A DNA stretch of 64,000 nt from Gemmatimonadales bacterium. Its GTDB lineage: Bacteria > Gemmatimonadota > Gemmatimonadetes > Gemmatimonadales > GWC2-71-9. The stretch is taken from positions 2,560,001 through 2,624,000 of the forward strand of contig OZ252244.1 in NCBI GenBank assembly GCA_965249575.1, read 5' to 3'. Numbering within the stretch: the stretch's first letter is position 1; the number at the start of each line of letters is the position of its first letter. Made by a program: the position numbers and the translations under genes. Positions 49,821 through 60,027 of this stretch are shown here, one piece after another. Under the pieces are notes generated by a model, which ran no database searches, was not told the DNA's origin, and saw only the letters and a program-made list of their open reading frames with translations.

Positions 49821-50957
49821 TCACGCGAGAACGTCTCGCAGATCCGCCAAGAGACGGTCGACGCGCGCGGCGTTCGCGTTACGGCCCATTAGCCCGACAC
49901 GCCAAGCCTTCCCCTTGAGGGGCCCGAAGCCGGGGGAGATCTCGATATCTCTTGCCAGCAGTGTCTGCCGCACCGTCGAGTCGTCCTTCCCCTCGGGAAT
50001 GTTGATCACGTTGAGCATGGGGAGCCGGTTGGTCGGAGGAGTGAACAGGGAAACGCCGATTTCCTGGAGGCCGGCGACGAAGCGGTCGTGCGCCTGCTGG
50101 TGCCGCTCCCAGCGCCGCTCGATCCCTTCTTCCAGAATGAGCCGAAGCGCTTCGTGGAACCCGAAGATGTTCGAGACCGGCGCCGTATGATGAAACGCCC
50201 GCGCTCCGGGTCCGTCACGCTCTCCCCAATAGCTGAACAACAGTTGGAGATCCAGGTACCAGGTCGGCGGCTTCTGTCTTCGGGCCCGAACCGCCTCCAT
50301 GGCCCGCTCACTGAAGGTGACAGGGCCCAGCCCGGGTGGGGCACCGAGACACTTCTGGGAGCAGGATCCCGCCGCGTCGATCCCCCAGGAATCGATTTCC
50401 ACGGGAACGCCCCCCAACGACGTCACGCAGTCCATCGCGACTAGCGCTCCATGCCGGCGCGCCACATCGGCGATGTCAGCAGCCGGTTGCCACGCCCCGG
50501 TCGAGGTTTCCGCGTGCACGAAGGCGACGAGCTTGGTCTTGTGCTTCGACAGCTCCTCCTCGAACCGTTCCGGCGGAATGATCTCACCCAAGGGCACTTC
50601 GATGGTCTGAACGGTAGCGCCTGCCCGTGAAGCCATCTCCACGAGGCGCTGGCCGAAGTACCCGATGACGCCAATAACGGCTCGATCACCGGGCTCGAGC
50701 AGATTGAGCATGATTGCTTCCAGGCCCGACGTGCCGGTCCCGGACATGGGAATGGTATGGTGGTTCGTCGTCTGAAAGACGGCGCGGAGCATGGCCATCG
50801 CCTCGTCCATTACGCGTAGGAAGTAGGGGTCGAGGTGACCGACGAGGCGTGCAGCCATGGCATCCGAGACAGTCTGCTCGGGGTTGGAGGGCCCCGGTCC
50901 CATCAGGAGTCGTTCCGGCGGCTCGATGGGCTCGGGAATCGACAGGATCGTGCTCAA
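49821..50957 (-). CDS. Alanine-glyoxylate / serine-pyruvate aminotransferase (class V)
   Basis: LLMGPGPS, HAETSTG, DCVTSLGG and SQKCLGAPPG; TTG start after GAGGAGG. Confidence 0.9.
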   Translation of the reverse strand: MSTILSIPEPIEPPERLLMGPGPSNPEQTVSDAMAARLVGHLDPYFLRVMDEAMAMLRAVFQTTNHHTIPMSGTGTSGLEAIMLNLLEPGDRAVIGVIGYFGQRLVEMASRAGATVQTIEVPLGEIIPPERFEEELSKHKTKLVAFVHAETSTGAWQPAADIADVARRHGALVAMDCVTSLGGVPVEIDSWGIDAAGSCSQKCLGAPPGLGPVTFSERAMEAVRARRQKPPTWYLDLQLLFSYWGERDGPGARAFHHTAPVSNIFGFHEALRLILEEGIERRWERHQQAHDRFVAGLQEIGVSLFTPPTNRLPMLNVINIPEGKDDSTVRQTLLARDIEISPGFGPLKGKAWRVGLMGRNANAARVDRLLADLRDVLA

Positions 50958-51167
50958 GATGACCTCCTCAACCGGGTGGCGAGGTGCTAGGAGCGCGCGG
51001 CGGGTGCCGTTGGCCGAATGGCTGGGTGAACTATAAACAGCCGGTAGCTTGTGCTCCACGGCTGGGAGTACCTCCGCGGCAATGCGAGTTTCGGATCGCG
51101 AACGCCGCGGGCGATTGGTACCTTTGACGACACTGTCGGTCACTACACAGGTAAGAGGGGTCGATAC

Positions 51168-51794
51168 GTGCCTAGTCCGTTGGTGCTGGCAACCATGCTG
51201 TTTTCTGTGCTCGCGGTCGCGTTCGCCCTGGTGGGGCTCTCCGCGATTCGGAAGAGCCGATTGCTGGGATCGACCGCGAGCCTCCTGCTGATGATGTTGA
51301 GTCTCAGCTTGGCTGGCCTGTGCGCAACCATCGCCGTCGCTACGCAGGGCTATCGGGCGCTAACGCGGGAAGAGATCGCGGCGGTGATCGAGACCGAGCC
51401 CGTCGGTCGACAGGTTTTCGAAGCGACCGTTCGGCTTCCCGAAGGAGGGGAGCGGTATTTCGAGCTCGCTGGAGACGAGCTCTACGTCGATGCCCACATC
51501 TTGAAGTGGAAACCCATCGTCAACGTTCTGGGGTTGCACACGGCATACGAGCTGGACCGAATAGCCGGGAGGTACGTCGCCCTCAAGGACGAGCGGGACC
51601 GTCCGCGAACCGTCCACTCTCTCGCCCGCGAGAAGCCGGTCGATCTCTTCGCGCTGCGGCGTCGATTTCCATTTCTCGCCCCGCTCGTCGACGCGGAGTA
51701 CGGGTCCGCGACGTTCGTGCCGGCGGACCACTCGACTCGGACGGAGATACGTGTCAGCACCTCCGGGTTGCTGGCTCGTCCCGCCGACCCGTGA
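51168..51794 (+). CDS. Hypothetical membrane protein
   Basis: Two N-terminal TMs; VDAHILKWK, YELDRIAGRY and LVDAEYGSATF. Confidence 0.75.
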   Translation: MPSPLVLATMLFSVLAVAFALVGLSAIRKSRLLGSTASLLLMMLSLSLAGLCATIAVATQGYRALTREEIAAVIETEPVGRQVFEATVRLPEGGERYFELAGDELYVDAHILKWKPIVNVLGLHTAYELDRIAGRYVALKDERDRPRTVHSLAREKPVDLFALRRRFPFLAPLVDAEYGSATFVPADHSTRTEIRVSTSGLLARPADP

Positions 51795-51850
51795 TCGATC
51801 TCGATTAGACTGTCTGGATGGACCGTGCCGGTCGCGGGCGCGACGGAAAA

Positions 51851-52519
51851 CTATCGGGCCTGGTAACCAAGCGAGATGATCAGTTGCTCGACCGTTTCGA
51901 GCCGGGAGCCGCCGGCGAGTGAGCCCCGTTCGAGCCGGTACGCCAGACGAGCCCACAGCGGCAGGTCCCACGACGCTAGCTCGAACCCGGCTTCTATCCC
52001 CGTTCCGTTGTCGAATTGGTCCTGGACATTCACGTCGGCTACGAGCACCCGGGTGATCTCGAGGTATGAGCGGAGCGCGGGAGCCAGGACGGTAGCCTCC
52101 GCCACCAAACGGCCCTCCCAAAAGAACCACCGCTCGGTCCCCTGTGCCGTGATGTTGCTGCGCACGTGCGGTCCCGTCCTCACCGCGAGCCAGGGGACCG
52201 GTCGAAAGCCGATCAGCGCCTCACCCTCCGCGAAATCCCACTTTTGCGGGCCGACCGTCGACTCGAGAGTCCCCTGCGCGTAAGCGAGATTCAGCTCGAG
52301 CATCGGGAGCTGACGAGGTGAGACCCAGGCTTCTCCACCAAGGATCGCGCCGGTGAAATCCTCACGTACGGCGCCACGCTGTCGCTCGATTTGCGTCGAC
52401 ACGCCGCTTCCCCCTAGGGAAAAGTGGGGGACCTGTGCCGTCGCCGAAGAGATCGCGAGCACGGTAACGAGCGAGACCCCAGCGATGGTACCCAGGGCCG
52501 AAACGGTGTGGCCGATCAT
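51851..52519 (-). CDS. Secreted protein, possibly an outer-membrane beta-barrel
   Basis: Signal peptide, amphipathic beta-strand pattern, terminal ISLGY. Confidence 0.6.
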   Translation of the reverse strand: MIGHTVSALGTIAGVSLVTVLAISSATAQVPHFSLGGSGVSTQIERQRGAVREDFTGAILGGEAWVSPRQLPMLELNLAYAQGTLESTVGPQKWDFAEGEALIGFRPVPWLAVRTGPHVRSNITAQGTERWFFWEGRLVAEATVLAPALRSYLEITRVLVADVNVQDQFDNGTGIEAGFELASWDLPLWARLAYRLERGSLAGGSRLETVEQLIISLGYQAR

Positions 52520-53316
52520 CGGGGTGCGCTCTCGACGGTAGATGGCGCTCGGGCTTGGATCGTGGTCGCTCGATCTCGGCGCCGAGCCGCGTTCTCCCGA
52601 ATCGTCTCACCCCGCTGCCGCTCCCACTCGTCCCGTCGAATCCTGTTGGATTCGATGTTGGCCGCAATGAGACGCCCGGGCCGATTCAACAGGAAACCGG
52701 CCGCTCCCGAAATCGTCAGCCCGGCGGCGAGGCCGAACCGGGCGCTGCTCAGATCCGACCCGGACGCGATCGCCGATGGCAGAACGAGAACGGCGAGACC
52801 GGCGGCGATCCCGCCAATGAGCGCCTCGGTGCCGATCTTGGAATCGTTCTGTTCGGGCAGCATGAGGGAATCGGCGAGTGGAAGGGGGTGGGGCAGGGTA
52901 TCTGGGCTCTCGACCTCGATGTCGAGCGGTGTCCTCACGAGACGGGTCGTCGCCCGCCGGGCGTCGTGCGAGGTCACGCTGAGCACGTACCGCCCGGAAG
53001 GCACGGGCTCGTCGTTGTCGTCGCGCGCGCTCCACTGAAGCTCCAGGCTGTCTCCAATGACTCCCTCGTAGACGGTGCGGACCGGCTGGCCGGCGGCGTC
53101 GCCGACATCGACGGTGATCTCATGAAACGAGCTGGCGTACAGTTTCAGCGGGTACGAGGGGGTGGCAGCCGTCAGGCGCGCGACCTGCGGCACGGTGATG
53201 GATACGGTCTTGGTCTGCACACGCACCGCTTCGAAGACGAGCGAGACCTCCGGGGGGAAGATGAGCTCGTCCGGGCGGTAACGGGGATCGGTGAGCACCA
53301 CGTTCCGAAACACTCC
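52516..53316 (-). pseudogene. 3' part of a gene with a FlgD-like Ig domain and C-terminal hydrophobic segments
   Basis: LQWSARDDNDEPVPSGRYVLSV motif; 5' end replaced by PEGA-gene sequence. Confidence 0.6.
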
Positions 53317-53852
53317 TGCTCGAACGGTTGAAACCCGTCGCGCACCACCCGAACGGTGTGCGTTCCGGGGGCGAGCGGCACATTCACTCTTGGGGTATTC
53401 CCGATGAGCTCGTCGTCGACGTACAACGCGCCCCACGGGACCGCGTTGACGAACAGCCGTGCGGGTTCACTCACGCTCTGGGGCGGTGCCGGAGATGGAT
53501 CGGGCGGCAGTACCGGTGTCGGGACGGCCGCGCGGGGGGCGGTGACTGGTTCGGGTCGCATGCTTGCGTCGGCTGGCGGCGCTGCGGCCCTCGGCGGGCT
53601 GGGAGTCAACGCTTCGCCGGCGACGCTTCGAGGCTCGGCCAGTCTGGGGGCGGGCGCGAAGGGCTCCGGCTGTTCGACCACCGGCTGTTCGACCACCCAT
53701 TCCTGCGAGGCTGGTTCCGGCAACAGCAACAGGAATGCCACGGACGCCCCGAGCAATACCCCCGCTCCCGCCGTGAGTAGGTAGGAAAACTGCAAGCGTC
53801 GAGGGGGCTCGTCGAACAATAGAATCGGTGTCTCAACGCTCGGCTCGAGCAG
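53313..53852 (-). pseudogene. Internal fragment of a TM + Pro-rich + PEGA-domain protein
   Basis: LFVNAVPWGALYVDDELIGNTP..LAPGTHTVRVVRDGFQPF; lacks its own start and end. Confidence 0.7.
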
Positions 53853-55857
53853 GGCTGCACCTCGACTTGGAGCCGCAGCTGGTCTCCGACGTCGGGATCC
53901 GCGACCGTGGCGCTGAATACCACCGTGGTCTCGTCGATTGTCGCCCCCGGGGGAATGGGCGTCGTGCCGTTCGACCGGAATTGCGCCAGGGCGGTTGGCA
54001 TGGTGGGTGCTCCCGGCACCTGAACGCGGAAGTCCACGGCGGATTCGGGGTTGCCCCCGAACGACACCCATCCACCCGCCCGCCCTGATCGGTAACGCGA
54101 GCCTGCCAGTGGTAGTCAGTCCCGCTGCTGAGAGCGGCGACGGTTACTGATGCGGCATTTCTGCTGGCGGTCTGGCTGCTGGAATCCGTCGGGGCCATGG
54201 CGAAGGGCGTCCCCACCGGCTGCACTTCGATCTGCAGACGGATGAGGTCGCCGGGGTCCGGGTCAGAGAGCGTCGCGGTGAAAACGACCGTAGCCTCGTC
54301 GATGGTCATCCCGATGGTGATGGGTGTCGTCCCGTTACTCCGGAACTGGCCCAGCCCGGTCGCAACGGCGGGGGGCTCTGGTATCGCCGTGCGGAAATCG
54401 GCCGCGGACTCAGCGTTTCCTCCAAAGCTGATCCAGGCGCTCGCGCGGCCCGATTGATCGACGGTCCTGGCTTGCCAGTGGTAGTCGCTATCATCGGCGA
54501 GGCTCGTGACCGAGAGTGTCGCCACGCTTCCGCTGCTGACCTGCCCGCTCGTCGCACCCGGCGAGTCGGAGAAGGGGGTACCCACCGGTTGCACCTCGAC
54601 CTGGAGACGCAGCATGTCGCCAGGATCCGGGTCGGAGATGGTGCCCCGGAAGACGACGGTCGACTCACCGGTGGTGCCGCCAACCGGAATCACGGTCGTG
54701 GCGTTGCTCTGGAGCTGATCCGTTCCGGTCGGGAGTGCTGGAGCTTCGGGGATCGCAACGCTGAAGTCGGCTGCGGTCTCCGCGTTACTCCCAAACGCCA
54801 CCCATGCGCTGGCGTTTCCTCCCTGATCGACGGCGCGAGCCTGCCAGTGGAAGTCCGTATCGTCGGTGAGGTTCGAGACGGCGACTGTTACCGCGTTCCC
54901 GCTGCCTACCTGCCCGCTCGATACGGTCGGTACGTCTGTAAACGGGGTGCCCACGGGCCGGACTTCAATCTCGAGTCGGACCTGATCGCCGAGGTCCGGA
55001 TCGATCAGCGTGGCGCCGAACACGACGGTCGTCTCGCCCGTGGTCTGTCCGATGCCGATCGGAGTCGTCCCGTCGCTCAGCAGCTGGTCGGGTGACGACG
55101 GAACGTCGGGTGTGCCGGGCACGGCGACACCGAAGTCAGAACCCGACTCCGGGTTTCCACCGAATGCCACCCAGGCGCTGGCCTGTCCGATCGCGTCTAC
55201 GGCGCGGGCCTGCCAGTGGTAATTGGTGTCGTCGCTCAGTCCTCCGACCGAGACCGGAGCGGGCATCCCGCTTACGACGAAGGTGCTGGAGTCGGTGGGC
55301 GTGTCGGTGAAGGCGGTTCCGATCGGGCGTACCTCGACCTCGAGTCGCAGGGAATCGCCCACGTCCGGATCGGAAACTGACCCACTCAGCACTACGCTGG
55401 CTTCATCGATTACGGCGCCAACGGCGATCGGTGTGGTGCTGTCGCTACGGAGCTGAGCAAGGCTGGTTGGTGGATCGGGCGGTACGGGGATTGCCACCTC
55501 GAGGTCTGCGGTTCCCTCCCCGTTGCCTCCGAACGCCACCCACGTGCTCGAGCGTCCGGTACGGTCGGTAGCGCGGGCCTGCCAGTGATAGGAGACGTCG
55601 TCATTCAGGTCGTCGACGCTCACGACCCCAGTGGCCCCACGAAGCACGGGTAGTGAGGTGTGGGTCGGGGTGCCGTTGAACGCAGTCCCCAGGGGCAGGA
55701 CTTCGACCTCCAGTGTGAGCGTATCACCGATGTCAGGGTCATCAACCGCAGCTCTCAGGACGGCGACGGTGTCGGCGATCGCGCCCCCTACGGGGATCGT
55801 CGTCGAACTATCATCCTCGAGTTGAGCCAATTGACCGGGCGCGGTCGGGGGACGCGG
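53853..55857 (-). repeat. Coding tandem repeat, 369-bp period, about 5.4 copies
   Basis: GCCAGTG (HWQ codons) at 54105, 54474, 54843, 55212 and 55581. Confidence 0.9.
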
Positions 55858-56358
55858 GGAGGTGACCTCGATTGTGAAGCTCCCGGTCTCCCCACCGTTC
55901 AACGTCGTCGCCCGCGTGAAGAAGGGACCGCCACCTCTCAGAAACACGTATCGGAGGCAGACGTGTCCGGGGTTGACCGGGCAATCGGATCCTTCGGCCA
56001 GCGGGGGTGCCCCACTGGAGAGAATGCTGTCGATGGCAAGGGAGCCCGCGAATCCCAGCGGCCGCATCATCACCGTTACCGAGTCGCCCGCCGACGCGGC
56101 GAGCCCGTAAACCTTGGCGAACCGGTTGCTGGACGACGGAGCGCAGTCTGCGGTGGTCAGGCTGTCCGTAGTACTGATCCAAGAATCCTCTATCTCGTTG
56201 AGCAAGATCCATGCATTCGTGTGGTGCCGGCGCTCGAGGCGGCCACCGTTCGAACGGAGGCACCAGGGACATTGGCCGTCCCGCGCAGACCCTCGGGGAA
56301 TCCGGCCGCGCCTCGGCCGGAAATTCCCGCTCCAGACGGCCAACACGATACGTGCCAA
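53853..56358 (-). pseudogene. Large extracellular protein with a PPC-like domain and tandem 123-aa Ig/FN3-like repeats; frameshifted and truncated
   Basis: DPD.GD...L..EV.P.GT.F and (Y/F)HWQAR..D..G..S.W..FG.N repeats; frame break near 54075; sixth repeat cut near 53853. Confidence 0.75.
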
Positions 56359-56572
56359 GCCATTGTGGGGTCGAAGGAGGCCTTACGGCGGCGTGGACAT
56401 CCGGGGGAGGGAAGGTAAGCGTGGGAACCCCCATGGGACAGGGACCCGACCCGGGACCGTCGCGACAGTGCCACGATTCAGCCCGTTGGGCGGGCGCGGG
56501 AGCCACGGTACGCGCCGGCCGACCCGCGCCGATCGCATCGGGCGCGGTCGAATCCCCCCTTACCTGCTTTCT

Positions 56573-58171
56573 CTACCTGCTTTCTTTGCCTCCAAAGCCC
56601 CCCGGCCGTAGCAGAGACTCGACCGTTGCAAGTGCGGCATCCACCAGAAGGGCCAGCATCGCGGCCGGAATGGCTCCGGAGAGGATCATGCGCGTGTCTG
56701 TGAGGGCCAGTCCCGCGACGATTGGATCTCCGAGCCCCCCCGCCCCGATGAACGCAGCCAGCGTCGCTGTGCCCACAGTGATCACGGCCGCCGTGCGGAC
56801 CCCCGCCATGATGATGGGGGCGGCCAGGGGGAGCCGGACGTATCGGAGCACTTGGGCCGGTGTCATTCCCAGAGCCTGGGCCGCGTTAACTGCTTCCGGG
56901 CTGGCATCCCGGATTCCGCTGTAGGTGTTCCTCAAGATGGGATACAGGGAATACAGAAACAGGGCGACGAGTGCTGGGACGATGCCAATGCCGAGCAGCG
57001 GGATCATGAACGCCAGGAGCGCAATGCTCGGGATCGTCTGGAGCAGGCCGACGGCGCGAATGCCGGTCTCCGCCGCGCCGGCAAGGCGCTCGAGGAGGAG
57101 CCCACCGGGAATCGCGACGGTTGCCGCTCCCGCCAGGGCCACCGTCACCAGCACCACGTGTCGGAGCGTGAGTCTCATCAGTTCGCCCCGCCGTCGGTAC
57201 AAGTAGAGAATGAAAGGTTCGGCATCGCCCGGTGTGATGGCTTCGACTCGCTTGGGATCGCGTTCGACCAACCCGAGGCTTTCGAGCAGGGAGGCGGCAA
57301 CTTGCTCTCGGGGCTCTTTTGCGACCTCGAGCCTCTGGTTCAGGGCACGCATGCCCGACTCGTCGATCTTCCCACTCAATTCCGTCAGCACGGCGATCGC
57401 TCTGGGTTGCTCCGTCCACAGCCGCTCACCGACGAGCGCCGCCGCTTCATAGGCCGGAAAGAACCCGAGGTCGTCTTCCAGGATCACGAGTCCATACCGC
57501 GCGATCGCTCCGTCAGTCGAGTATCCGTCGATTACGTCGACGCCGGCTTCGGCTAGCGCTTGATACTTCACCGCCTGGAGGAGCGATCGCGTTTCTCGGA
57601 ATCCCAAGCCGCCGTAGGCCGTGCGCAGTCCGGCCAGTCCGTCGCTTCGCCCGATGAAATCGGGGCTGAATCCGCCGATGAGATGCGTCGCCTCCCGAGC
57701 GAGATCACTTAAGGTGCGCAGCTGGTACGCGTCGGCCGTTTCGCGCCGCACCGCGATCGCGTACGTGTTCTGAAATCCCAGAGGTGGGAGCCACTTGACG
57801 CCGAAGCGGGTGTCGAACGCTTCGGTTACCGTGCGGAAGACTTGACGAGGGTCGCCGTCGGGCTCTTCCCCCAGGATCGCGACCAGGCCCGTACCGGTGT
57901 ATTCGGGATACACGTCGATGGCTCCCGTTCGCAGTGCCTGAAACGCGATTTCCGTTGCCCCGAGGCCGAGGCGCCGTTCCACCTCGAACCCGCGAGCTTC
58001 GAGGAGCTGGGAGAACATCTCTCCGAGAAGGAAGGACTCGCCGAACGGTTTGGATGCGACAACGACGGGTTTGGCCGGTTCGTTCTGGGCACCTGCTGAA
58101 ATCGGCAGCCACGCCCCGGCGGCCAATGACCACATTCCCGTCAACACCCGCCGGCGCGCGTTAAGAACCAT
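56573..58171 (-). CDS. Glycine betaine/osmoprotectant-type ABC transporter, fused substrate-binding + permease
   Basis: VASKPFGES, DVYPEYTGT and LGFQNTY (OpuAC-type SBP); QTIPSIAL and AFIGAGGLG permease motifs. Confidence 0.9.
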   Translation of the reverse strand: MVLNARRRVLTGMWSLAAGAWLPISAGAQNEPAKPVVVASKPFGESFLLGEMFSQLLEARGFEVERRLGLGATEIAFQALRTGAIDVYPEYTGTGLVAILGEEPDGDPRQVFRTVTEAFDTRFGVKWLPPLGFQNTYAIAVRRETADAYQLRTLSDLAREATHLIGGFSPDFIGRSDGLAGLRTAYGGLGFRETRSLLQAVKYQALAEAGVDVIDGYSTDGAIARYGLVILEDDLGFFPAYEAAALVGERLWTEQPRAIAVLTELSGKIDESGMRALNQRLEVAKEPREQVAASLLESLGLVERDPKRVEAITPGDAEPFILYLYRRRGELMRLTLRHVVLVTVALAGAATVAIPGGLLLERLAGAAETGIRAVGLLQTIPSIALLAFMIPLLGIGIVPALVALFLYSLYPILRNTYSGIRDASPEAVNAAQALGMTPAQVLRYVRLPLAAPIIMAGVRTAAVITVGTATLAAFIGAGGLGDPIVAGLALTDTRMILSGAIPAAMLALLVDAALATVESLLRPGGFGGKESR

Positions 58172-58917
58172 CAACGGCGCTCCACCCGCGCGAGGGCGAG
58201 GAGCCTCTTCACGTAGGGAGTGGCCGGGTTGGAAAGCAGGGTCTCGGGGTCCGCGACCTGATCGATCTGGCCGGATCGGAGCACCGCGATTCGGCCCGCG
58301 AGGGTGAGCGCCTCGTTGAGGTCGTGGGTCACCAGGAGCGCTGTAATGCCGAGTGCTTTGCGGAGCGAGAGGAACATCGACTGGATCTCGCCGCGCGTGA
58401 TGGCGTCGAGCGCTCCGAATGGCTCGTCCAGCAGCACGATCTCTGGTTGCGCCGCGATGGCGCGGGCGAACGCGACGCGCTGTCGCTGTCCGCCCGAAAG
58501 CTCGCCCGGCCAGCGGTGGCCGAACGTCACCGCGGGGAGGCCCACACGCTCGAGCGCGGTGCGGGCCAAACCGGCGGGCTCGTCGAGGTCCCTGAGCCAT
58601 GGCACCATGGCGACATTGCGGAGCACGCGCCAATGCGGAAGGAGGCCGCCCTCCTGCTGAACGTATCCGACCCTCCGGCGGAGGGCGATTGGCTCGAGCG
58701 AGTGGATATCCTGCCCGTCGATCATGATCTTGCCGCCGTCCGGCTCTACCATGCGATTGAAGCACCGGAGGAGTGTGGTCTTTCCCGACCCACTCTCACC
58801 GACGAGCGCCACGCACTCGCCCTTCGACACATCCAACGAGACGCCGGCCAGGGCGACGGTACCGTTGTAGTGTTTCCGCACGTCGGACGCCGAGAACACC
58901 GCGTGCGGTGCGCTCAC
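58171..58917 (-). CDS. ABC transporter ATP-binding protein (OpuA/ProV-like)
   Basis: GESGSGKTT, LSGGQRQR and LLDEPFGALD. Confidence 0.93.
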   Translation of the reverse strand: MSAPHAVFSASDVRKHYNGTVALAGVSLDVSKGECVALVGESGSGKTTLLRCFNRMVEPDGGKIMIDGQDIHSLEPIALRRRVGYVQQEGGLLPHWRVLRNVAMVPWLRDLDEPAGLARTALERVGLPAVTFGHRWPGELSGGQRQRVAFARAIAAQPEIVLLDEPFGALDAITRGEIQSMFLSLRKALGITALLVTHDLNEALTLAGRIAVLRSGQIDQVADPETLLSNPATPYVKRLLALARVERR

Positions 58918-59846
58918 CGGCTCGCGCGGACCCGTAGCTCGAAGACGTCCGGCCGACTGTAGTGTCCGCTGACGTCGAGAGCCATGGACTCCCGCGCGAT
59001 CTCGGCCAGGTCGCAGTCGGCGATCACGACGGTCTCCTCTCCATACACTGGCTCCGCGAGGTAGCGGCCATCTGGGCCGATGATCGCGCTCCCGCCGCGT
59101 ATCGGCATGCCGTCCACAGGGGCGCCTGCCGCCTCGGCCGAAAGGTCGAGCTCTTCCGGCATGTCTTCGCGTCGCATGATGCTTCCCGCGACGACCACGA
59201 AGCACCGTCCTTCGAACGCGTAGTGGCGGGATGCGACCTGATACATCTCCTTCGCTTCCGGCCACACCGCCGCGTGTATCTCCTCACCACCGTCATGCAG
59301 CACCTGGCGCGAGAGGGGCATCCAGTGCTCCCAGCAAATCAGCCCGCCCACCCGCACGGACGCGGACTGCACGACGCGCAATCCGTGCGCATCACCCTGT
59401 CCCCAGATGAGGCGCTCGCCGTGGGTCGGAATGAGCTTCCGATGGTGGTTGAGGAGTCCCTTTTCCGAGTCGAAGGTGAGGAGCGCATTGTAGAGCGACC
59501 GGCCGGCGCGCTCGTGCACACCCACGATCATCGTTATCGAGGCCTGGGCGGCGGTCGCCGCAAGCGCTTCCGTCGCCGGCCCGGGCACCTCCACGCTATT
59601 GTCGAGGAGGCGTGCGTACACCGCCTTGACGCCGGCATCGTTCCAGAGGGCCACCTTTGGCGAGACGTCGACCCACGCGGGATAGCCCGGCACGAACGTC
59701 TCGGGAAACACGACGATCTTCGCGCCGTCGTCAGCGGCTCGTCGCGCCCACAGATCGACACGCTCGAGGGTCGCGTTCAGGTCGAGGTATGCTGGTGCCG
59801 CCTGGACGGCGGCCACTCGGATGCTGCGCGCGCGGTCTTTGGCCAT
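58914..59846 (-). CDS. Nitrilase (carbon-nitrogen hydrolase)
   Basis: FPETF.PGYP, HRKLIPT and LICWEH (Glu-Lys-Cys triad), GHYSRPDVF. Confidence 0.93.
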   Translation of the reverse strand: MAKDRARSIRVAAVQAAPAYLDLNATLERVDLWARRAADDGAKIVVFPETFVPGYPAWVDVSPKVALWNDAGVKAVYARLLDNSVEVPGPATEALAATAAQASITMIVGVHERAGRSLYNALLTFDSEKGLLNHHRKLIPTHGERLIWGQGDAHGLRVVQSASVRVGGLICWEHWMPLSRQVLHDGGEEIHAAVWPEAKEMYQVASRHYAFEGRCFVVVAGSIMRREDMPEELDLSAEAAGAPVDGMPIRGGSAIIGPDGRYLAEPVYGEETVVIADCDLAEIARESMALDVSGHYSRPDVFELRVRASR

Positions 59847-60027
59847 CCACGAATCTACATGGTGACGGGCGATCTCTCACGGTATCGGGCCGCGCCCCCA
59901 CCGAGGGTGGCAATGATCGCCTTGCGCCCGGCGGGGGCCAGGGTGTTTTGTTATCCGAGAGCTGCGGTCCGCCTGCGGGCGAACGTGTCTGCATGCGTTC
60001 GTTCCACCCCTCGATTCTGGAACAGCC

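Noticed and set aside
53853..55857. Non-coding repeat array or DGR template/variable repeats
   Set aside because: The period is a multiple of 3, conservation is at protein level, differences are not adenine-specific, and no reverse transcriptase is present
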